Source of the DNA: Candidatus Omnitrophota bacterium
GTDB lineage: Bacteria > Omnitrophota > Gorgyraeia > Zapsychrales > Fredricksoniimonadaceae
Assembly (NCBI GenBank): GCA_903901225.1
Contig: CAIUQE010000035.1
Coordinates: forward strand, 9,249-73,248
Direction: 5' to 3'
Length of the DNA: 64,000 bases
Made by a program: the position numbers and the translations under genes. Below the pieces are notes generated by a model that saw only the letters and a program-made list of their open reading frames with translations, was not told where the DNA came from and made no database searches. Of this stretch, positions 57,421 to 64,000 are shown piece by piece; within the stretch, counting starts at the first letter, position 1; each line of letters begins with the position of its first letter.

Positions 57421-58016
57421 AAGTTGTTTTTGTTGATAGAGATGGCGTGATCAATGAATTTCCCGGCAACGGCCTTTATGTCACCAACGTCAAGGATTTT
57501 CATTTCATCCCGCGTTCCATGGAAGCGCTGAAATTGTTGACCGACGCCGGGTACCATATTTTCGTGATATCGAACCAGGCGGGTGTCGGCAAAGGGGTAT
57601 TCACCCACGACAAGCTCCGGCGCATCACGCAGCGCCTGCACGATGGCGCGGCCCGGGCCGGAGCGCGTATCACCGGGGTCCATTACTGCACCTGCAAGTC
57701 GACGGACGGGTGCAATTGCCGCAAGCCGCGCGTCGGCAATATCCTCAAGGCGCTTGCCTCCGTCGGGGGGAGTGACGCGGACGCGCGCGACGCGTATTTT
57801 GTGGGGGATACCGAGATCGACATCAAGGCCGGGAAGAATGCCGGATGCAAGACGGTCTTTGTCCTGTGCGGGCGTGAAGACCGGGCGTACATGAAGCGCT
57901 GGGATATCAGGCCCGACCATATAGCAAAGGACCTTTATGAAGCCGCAAAACTCATCATCGCCCGGGATACTGATCATCCACGCGACCGCGGGCGCCGGGC
58001 ATCGCAAGGCCGCTGA
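57417..58016 (+). CDS. gmhB: D,D-heptose 1,7-bisphosphate phosphatase
   Basis: DRDGVIN, SNQAG, CNCRKP, VGDTEID HAD motifs. Confidence 0.88.
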   Translation: MKVVFVDRDGVINEFPGNGLYVTNVKDFHFIPRSMEALKLLTDAGYHIFVISNQAGVGKGVFTHDKLRRITQRLHDGAARAGARITGVHYCTCKSTDGCNCRKPRVGNILKALASVGGSDADARDAYFVGDTEIDIKAGKNAGCKTVFVLCGREDRAYMKRWDIRPDHIAKDLYEAAKLIIARDTDHPRDRGRRASQGR

Positions 58017-59046
58017 AGCCATCCATCACGGGCTGGAGGACCGTTATCCGGGAGCGTCGACGGTCGTTGACGCGCTGGACCTTACCACGCCGTTCTTTCG
58101 CCATGCCTATACCCAGGGTTACGAATTCATGGTCGGGAAGATCCCGGTGTTCTGGGGAATGTTCTTTTGGCTCACCGACCAGGCCTGGTTCCTGCCGGTC
58201 TTCCGCGCCATCCGTCGCGTCTATAACGGGCTTAACGCCACGCGCCTCGTGGCTTTCCTGAAGAAAGAAAAGTTCGACTGCGTCGTGGCGACGCATTTCT
58301 TTGCCGCGGAGGTGTGCGGCCATCTGCGCCGCACGGGGCAGCTCGGCGGAAAGCTGGTCGTTGTTGTGACGGATTTCGACGTGCATAAAATATGGCTTGT
58401 CCCGGGCGTCGATGAATACTGCGTGGCGAGCGAGTACACCAAAAGGCGCCTGGTGTCGCTTGGAGTGGATGAGAGTAAAATATTCATTACCGGCATCCCG
58501 CTGGATGAGAAATTCACCCGGCCGCGCGACAAGGCCGGGATGCGCCGCAAGCTCGGCCTTGACTCGGAGGCGTTCACGGTCCTTATCTCAACAAGTTCAT
58601 TCGGTTTCGGGCCTATCGAGGAATTGGCCGGATACCTGGCCACGTTGCAGCTCATTATCATTTGCGGGAACAACAAGGAACTCCAGGCGCGGATCGCGGC
58701 GCGGTCCAATCCGCGGCACAAGCCTTTCGGGTTCGTCAATAACATGGAAGAGATGATGGCTGCCGCCGACGTCATGGTCACGAAGCCCGGCGGCCTTTCG
58801 GTCACGGAAGCGCTGGCCAATAACCTTCCCCTTGTTTTCTTCAGCGCGATCCCGGGTCAGGAAGCCGGGAATATCCATGTCCTGGCGATCAATGGCATCG
58901 GCCTGAGCGGCATGCCGTTGCGCGACCTTTGTTCCGAGGTCCTCGGCCTGGCCGCGTCCCCGGCGGCCCTGGCGCAGGCGCGGGAGAGGACCCGCATCCT
59001 GGCCAGGCCTGATTCCGTCCGGGATATCATTGCCCGTCTGGTATGA
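57937..59046 (+). CDS. MGDG synthase/UgtP-like diacylglycerol glycosyltransferase (GT28)
   Basis: GAGHRKAA, THF, VVTDF, TGIP, TKPGGLSVTEA, IPGQE. Confidence 0.88.
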   Translation: MKPQNSSSPGILIIHATAGAGHRKAAEAIHHGLEDRYPGASTVVDALDLTTPFFRHAYTQGYEFMVGKIPVFWGMFFWLTDQAWFLPVFRAIRRVYNGLNATRLVAFLKKEKFDCVVATHFFAAEVCGHLRRTGQLGGKLVVVVTDFDVHKIWLVPGVDEYCVASEYTKRRLVSLGVDESKIFITGIPLDEKFTRPRDKAGMRRKLGLDSEAFTVLISTSSFGFGPIEELAGYLATLQLIIICGNNKELQARIAARSNPRHKPFGFVNNMEEMMAAADVMVTKPGGLSVTEALANNLPLVFFSAIPGQEAGNIHVLAINGIGLSGMPLRDLCSEVLGLAASPAALAQARERTRILARPDSVRDIIARLV

Positions 59047-60704
59047 CACGGCCTTTGATCGCCCAGGTCGTGGTCGGGGTCCCCGTGGAAGGCCCTTTCG
59101 ATTATCTCATTCCTGATGAACTTTCCGCCAAAGTCGCGGCAGGGCAGCGCGTCCTTGTCCGTTTCGCCGGCCGCAAGCGCGTGGGTGTCATAGTGCGGCT
59201 TCTGGCGAACACGGAACATACGGGGAAATTGAGCGTCCTGATGAATGTCCTGGACGCGGCCCCTGTGTTTTCACCGGAGTTCATCCGGCTGGCCGATGTT
59301 TTCGCGCGGCGGTTCGCCTGCACCACGGGTGAGGCGTTTGAACTTTTCCTGCCTGCGTACCTGAGAGAAGCGAAGATCGCCGCGGTAACACCGCATGGCC
59401 CGCGCGCGCCTCAAGGCCCTTTCTCCGTCGACATGATATTTGATCGCGGGCAAACGAAGCGCTGGGATATCCTGTTACCGCGCATTACCGCAACCTTGCG
59501 CGAAGGGTACGGGGTCCTTGTCCTCGTCCCCGATTCCGCCAGGCTTGCGGATGTCCTTGCGAAGCTGGGCCCTCTGGCCAAAGCCGAAGAGCGCGTGTTC
59601 CTGGCGCAGGACACTCCCAAAAAGGAATATGACCGCTGGCTCAAGGCCCGCAACGGCCAGGCCCGGCTGGTCGTGGGTTTTGTGTCGGCGGTATTTGCCC
59701 CCGTGCAGCGCCTGGGGCTTGTTGTCGTGATCGACGAGGAGAGCGCGGCTTACAAGAACGACCAGTCGCCTTTTTATCACGCGCGAGACGTCGCGTTCGC
59801 GCGCGCGGCCATCGAAGGATGCGCGCTTGTCTGCGTTTCCAGCGCCCCGTCGGCTGAAATGTGGCACAAGGCCGGCGCGGGGGAGGCGTCCCTGACCCGC
59901 CTTGATGAGGCGCTGGCGCCCGTCAAGCTTTTGGACCTGACGAATTTCAAGATGAAAAAAGGGACATATGTTTCCCCGGGATTGCGGCAGCTGATCGAAA
60001 CGACGCTGAAGAACGGGCACAAGGCCCTCTGTTATATCCAGGCCGCGCGCGGCGTCGCGGGGGTTGTTGCCGAGATAAAAAAGATATTTTCCTCGGCCCG
60101 GGTCGAAGGGTATGACAAGGCGTCGGCCGCGCTTGGCACCGATGCCGATATCCTCGTCGTGACACAAGCGGTGTTCCGGCATCGCGCCTCCTTCAAGGCC
60201 GCTCTCACGGTGGTGCTCGATATTGACTGGGAATTTCACAAACATCATTATCAGGCGGCCCAGGGCGCGTTCGCCCTGGTTCAGTATTTACGCCAGATGA
60301 CCCAGGAGCAGGTGGTCCTGCAGACCCGTAACGCGGCCGATCCTTTGTTGCAGGCCCTCGCGGCGCCGGACCCGGCGGCGTTCTATGATCGCGAGCTGGC
60401 CCAGCGGCGTGCCATGGAACTGCCGCCGTTCGCGACGCATGTCACGATCATCCTGCGCTCAGCCGACTTTGAGCTGGCTTGCGGGGAAGCCAAAAGGTTG
60501 TATGATATCCTTGATCCTTTACGCTCCGGGGATGTGATGGTCCTTGAGCCGCAGGAAGACCGCGCGGCGATCGTGCGCGGTAAGTTTCGTTTTTGCGTGA
60601 CGCTGCAGGGGCCCGACAGGGACGTGGTTGTCGGGATCGTCAAGGGCGCGTTGAAGGCCTTCAGGCCGAGGAAAGGCACGGTGGTTACCGTGAACGTGGA
60701 TTAA
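59043..60704 (+). CDS. priA: Primosomal protein PriA, shortened form with degenerate helicase motifs
   Basis: N-terminal FDYLIP...GQRVLVRF, YHARDVA, SSAPS, LQT, ELPPF; Walker A and Zn-finger region not recognisable. Confidence 0.8.
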   Translation: MTRPLIAQVVVGVPVEGPFDYLIPDELSAKVAAGQRVLVRFAGRKRVGVIVRLLANTEHTGKLSVLMNVLDAAPVFSPEFIRLADVFARRFACTTGEAFELFLPAYLREAKIAAVTPHGPRAPQGPFSVDMIFDRGQTKRWDILLPRITATLREGYGVLVLVPDSARLADVLAKLGPLAKAEERVFLAQDTPKKEYDRWLKARNGQARLVVGFVSAVFAPVQRLGLVVVIDEESAAYKNDQSPFYHARDVAFARAAIEGCALVCVSSAPSAEMWHKAGAGEASLTRLDEALAPVKLLDLTNFKMKKGTYVSPGLRQLIETTLKNGHKALCYIQAARGVAGVVAEIKKIFSSARVEGYDKASAALGTDADILVVTQAVFRHRASFKAALTVVLDIDWEFHKHHYQAAQGAFALVQYLRQMTQEQVVLQTRNAADPLLQALAAPDPAAFYDRELAQRRAMELPPFATHVTIILRSADFELACGEAKRLYDILDPLRSGDVMVLEPQEDRAAIVRGKFRFCVTLQGPDRDVVVGIVKGALKAFRPRKGTVVTVNVD

Positions 60705-60706
60705 TC

Positions 60707-61636
60707 ATGCGGATCGTTTTTTTCGGCTGCGATGATTTCGCGGCGATCAACTTGTTGCATCTGATCGACCGTGGGCATCATATCGTCGGGCTCGTCACAC
60801 AGCCGGACAAGCCCAAGGGCCGCGGTTTGCGCGTCACGTATTCTCCCACCAAGCATATTGCCATGCTCAACGGGATCGCGCTGTTCCAGCCGGACTCCTT
60901 GAAGAATCCCGTTCTGGTGAGCCGTTTGGCCTGGTTCCACGCGGATATTTTCGTCGTTATCGCTTACGGGAAGATCCTTCCCGCGGAAGTCCTGGCTTTG
61001 CCGAAGCATTTTTGCGTCAACCTGCACGCGTCATTATTGCCCCGGCACAGGGGCGCGGCTCCGATCAACTGGGCTATCATCCACGGTGATACTGAAACGG
61101 GCGTGACGCTCATGAAGATGGATGAGGGCATGGACACGGGGGATATCATCGCCCAGGCCGCGTGCCCCATTGCCGACGATATGACGTCGGCTGAACTGCG
61201 CGCCAGGCTGGCCGATATGGGCGCGCGGCTTTTATCGGATTCACTGGAGCAGATAAAGTCCGGCGGCCACACGATCAAGCCACAGGATGCGGCGGGGGTC
61301 ACGCGCGCGCCCAAGATGCACAAGGACCTCGGGCATATCCGCTGGGACCGCACGGCGAAAGAGATCCATGACCTTGTCCGCGGGGTCCAGCCATGGCCCG
61401 GCGCTTTTACGTTCTGGGGCGCGACGCGGCTGAAGGTCCTGGAAGCCGAGGCGGCCGTGGCACAGGGAAAAGGCCGGCCGGGGGAGATCGTCGAGCTGCA
61501 CAAGGACGGTTTTTACGTCCAGGCCGCTGACAGCGCGGTGATCGTTAAGCGCGTGGTCCCGGCTGGTTCCCACGCCATGGACGCGCGGGCGTTCCTCGCC
61601 GGGCACAAGCTCAAGGTCGGGGATGTTTTAGGGTAG
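60707..61636 (+). CDS. fmt: Methionyl-tRNA formyltransferase
   Basis: VTQPDKPKGRG, NLHASLLPRHRGAAPINWA, MDEGMDTGD, PWPGA. Confidence 0.96.
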   Translation: MRIVFFGCDDFAAINLLHLIDRGHHIVGLVTQPDKPKGRGLRVTYSPTKHIAMLNGIALFQPDSLKNPVLVSRLAWFHADIFVVIAYGKILPAEVLALPKHFCVNLHASLLPRHRGAAPINWAIIHGDTETGVTLMKMDEGMDTGDIIAQAACPIADDMTSAELRARLADMGARLLSDSLEQIKSGGHTIKPQDAAGVTRAPKMHKDLGHIRWDRTAKEIHDLVRGVQPWPGAFTFWGATRLKVLEAEAAVAQGKGRPGEIVELHKDGFYVQAADSAVIVKRVVPAGSHAMDARAFLAGHKLKVGDVLG

Positions 61637-61662
61637 GTTTATTCGCTGGTAATGGAGGTGGC

Positions 61663-62820
61663 ATGGTTTCTGTAATATTGGTTATCGTCGGTTCTACGGT
61701 TGTCACATTGCTGGCTGTTATGGGTATTGCCTACAGTCTCAGCCGGGTCTCGGATCCTTCTTTAAAAGCGCTGCTGACAGGTTTTGGCGGCCGGCCGGCA
61801 TGGTTCAACAATGGCGCGATGGATGTCGATGGCCGCGCCGTGCGCGTGGTGTATACGCCGCGCGGCAGGAATATGCCCTCACGCCTGACGGTCGCCTTAA
61901 AGGGGGATTTCTTCGCGCACGCGATCTTTCGTTCGGAGACACAGGCAGACCGTATTTCCAAAGAAATAGGATTGAACCGGGAGATCCAGCTGTATGACCC
62001 GGCTTTCGACAGCGCGGTTTACGTCGAGTGCGAGGATGAGCCTTTTGTCCGGCAGTTGCTGGGGGCGCGTGAGGCCAAAGAACGCGTCGGCCGCATCCTC
62101 AGGGCCTTTACATCTTTAGAGATCGATGGCAAAGAATGCCGGATCATTAAATCCCCTTGTGATGATAATGCCGGATTGGGGCAGGATATATTGATGGAGG
62201 CCGTGCGTGCCCTGGTTGCCTTGACCGCTGATATTTCGTTGCCTGCGCCGGGACAGGCGTCAGCAACGCCTCTGACCGATGAAAGCCGGCGAACAACGGG
62301 ATTCTTTGTTGCTTTTGCCGGAGTTGTCCTGGTTACCGGTATTTTCCTGTGGATATGGGGTCTGGTCGCGTTCCCACCGGTATTGCCGGGAAAGGCGTTC
62401 ATGTCATCGCTCGTGATCAGCGGGACCCTGGGGTTTCCTTTCTTGTTGTATATTTATACTCAGCTCAAGGGGCTGTCCACGGCGTCGCGGTATTTTTTGT
62501 TGACGGCTATTTTAGGCGGCGCGGGTATCCTGTTTTTGTGCTGGGGCGGGTTGATGGTCCTCAACGGCAGTCAGGATGTTTCGCCTCTCGCCGTGCACCA
62601 CGTGGGGGTGACGGAAAAAAATATCACGCATTCCAAAAATTCGACAACGTATCATGTCACGGTTCTGTCCTGGGAACGCGGCTTCGCGACGTATTCGTTC
62701 AGCGTGCCGCAGTCCATGTATGCCAGGATCGAGCCCGGTGATACCTGCGCGATCGGGACCCGGGGAGGGTTGTTCGCCCTGGAATGGGTGGCGTCGAAAG
62801 AATGCCAGCCGTCGCGCTAA
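61663..62820 (+). CDS. Hypothetical membrane protein
   Basis: GGAGG RBS; N-terminal TM helix, soluble domain, three further TM helices and a beta-rich C-terminus. Confidence 0.7.
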   Translation: MVSVILVIVGSTVVTLLAVMGIAYSLSRVSDPSLKALLTGFGGRPAWFNNGAMDVDGRAVRVVYTPRGRNMPSRLTVALKGDFFAHAIFRSETQADRISKEIGLNREIQLYDPAFDSAVYVECEDEPFVRQLLGAREAKERVGRILRAFTSLEIDGKECRIIKSPCDDNAGLGQDILMEAVRALVALTADISLPAPGQASATPLTDESRRTTGFFVAFAGVVLVTGIFLWIWGLVAFPPVLPGKAFMSSLVISGTLGFPFLLYIYTQLKGLSTASRYFLLTAILGGAGILFLCWGGLMVLNGSQDVSPLAVHHVGVTEKNITHSKNSTTYHVTVLSWERGFATYSFSVPQSMYARIEPGDTCAIGTRGGLFALEWVASKECQPSR

Positions 62821-62844
62821 GGCCTGGAGAGAAAGAGAATTGTC

Positions 62845-64000
62845 ATGATCGACCTGGTCGCCGTCATATTTATTTTCGCGCTCCGGCTGTGGATATGGAA
62901 ATTCTTCCCGTCCCTCGAGTCCGGCATCAAGGACGACCTGTCGAACATGATCATCGCCAGCTGTATTTTCACCCTGGCGGCTTTCTTTTTTTCAAGGAAG
63001 ATGTTCCGGCGGGAGACGTGCTTTAAAAGCGGACTCGAAGCGCCGCTGACGTTATTTATTGCCGCCGCGGCCCTGTCCCTGGGTTGGACCGTCGACCAGG
63101 GGGCGAGCGTCAGGGCGCTGGTGATGCTCCTGGCGTATGTGGTCTATTTCTATATTCTCCTTGATGTTTTTGCCGACACAGGGCGGCGCAGGTTCTTTCT
63201 CTGGGCGTTCCTCGCCGGAGGTTTACTGGTGGGGGCCCTGGGGGTCAATGACATTATCATCCTTAACCAGACACCGGCCGCGACGATCGAGGCCGCGCGC
63301 CTGACGAACAGGAGCCTGTATTACATCCTGACGCACAAGCGGGCGTGTTCGCTGTTCGGCTGGCCGAATGTCCTGGTCGCGTTCCTGATGCTGGTCCTGC
63401 CGCTGGCGGCCGCTTTTTTCATGTCGGTGAAAAATATTGCCGGGAAAGTCCTCGTCGCGCTGGTCGGGTGCGTGTGCGTGGCAGCCTTCTTTTTCACGTT
63501 CTCCTTCCTTGGCTGGAGCATCTTTCTGGCCGCGTCGGCATTCATGTTCATTGTCCTGGCGCGGACCGGGGTGATTGCGATCAGGCCGGCCGTGTTGCGT
63601 TTCGGGGGCGTTGCCGTTGTTCTGGCCGCGCTTTTGTTCGCGGGTGTTATCCATAAAAAGAATTTTGGTGAATCCATGACGCCGCGCAAGGAATACTGGC
63701 GCGTGGTCTGCGCCGTGATCGGGGAGCATCCGTTGGCGGGCACCGGGTTCGGGACATACCGTTACGCTTCGTCGAAATTTGTGACCTCGCTGGAGGCGTT
63801 GACCGCTTTCCCGCATAACAGCTACGCCCAGATATGGGCTGAAACGGGGCTTGCGGGGCTTGCGGGCATGCTCTGGCTCATTGTCCTGCTCGTACTTCGC
63901 GCATGGGAAAAGTTGCGGCGCCTGCGCGATGAGAAGGAGGCGTGGTTCCTGGCCGCCGCCATCTGGGGGCTGGGGGCGTTCCTTGTGGAGAATATCAACA
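62845..64000 (+). CDS. O-antigen ligase (WaaL-like) family protein, 3' end outside the window
   Basis: Not in the ORF track; manual translation gives a multi-TM protein with RACSLFGWPN, HPLAGTGFGTY and PHNSYAQIWAETG. Confidence 0.85.
   Translation, partial: MIDLVAVIFIFALRLWIWKFFPSLESGIKDDLSNMIIASCIFTLAAFFFSRKMFRRETCFKSGLEAPLTLFIAAAALSLGWTVDQGASVRALVMLLAYVVYFYILLDVFADTGRRRFFLWAFLAGGLLVGALGVNDIIILNQTPAATIEAARLTNRSLYYILTHKRACSLFGWPNVLVAFLMLVLPLAAAFFMSVKNIAGKVLVALVGCVCVAAFFFTFSFLGWSIFLAASAFMFIVLARTGVIAIRPAVLRFGGVAVVLAALLFAGVIHKKNFGESMTPRKEYWRVVCAVIGEHPLAGTGFGTYRYASSKFVTSLEALTAFPHNSYAQIWAETGLAGLAGMLWLIVLLVLRAWEKLRRLRDEKEAWFLAAAIWGLGAFLVENIN

Noticed and set aside
57937-58016. 80-bp overlap of gmhB and the GT28 gene as a possible sequencing error or programmed frameshift
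   Set aside because: Both proteins are complete; the overlap is a dispensable C-terminal tail with no slippery site evident.

Overview
Chromosomal window from a GC-rich, LPS-producing (diderm) bacterium; gene content and the large modular proteins suggest Candidatus Omnitrophota (PVC), which is an inference. In order: the 3' end of a secretin/PilMN-O-P-like pilus or secretion operon; a structured intergenic RNA candidate; a 1290-aa modular secreted protein followed by a convergent AbrB/RelE-like toxin-antitoxin pair; SPOR/TPR-miaA-hflX; a CIRCE-preceded MORN-repeat gene and hrcA-grpE-dnaK-dnaJ; a paralogous 1340-aa modular secreted protein followed by a convergent AbiEi/AbiEii pair; DUF1015-accD-sugar transport-two diguanylate cyclases; a ~28 kb ROK-lptD-LPS/surface glycan cluster; priA, fmt and a partial O-antigen ligase. 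The best candidate for an undescribed system is the pair of modular proteins. Each has a signal peptide, a conserved ~320-aa N-domain ending PRKYFSGG, AT-rich unrelated cargo modules separated by D-x-A-[M/E/Q/G] linkers, and a conserved C-terminal GGIDLN domain. Both carry the same in-frame REP-like palindrome doublet and both are followed by a TA module. No rRNA, tRNA, CRISPR array or transposase was seen. All calls come from reading motifs by eye; no database searches were run.
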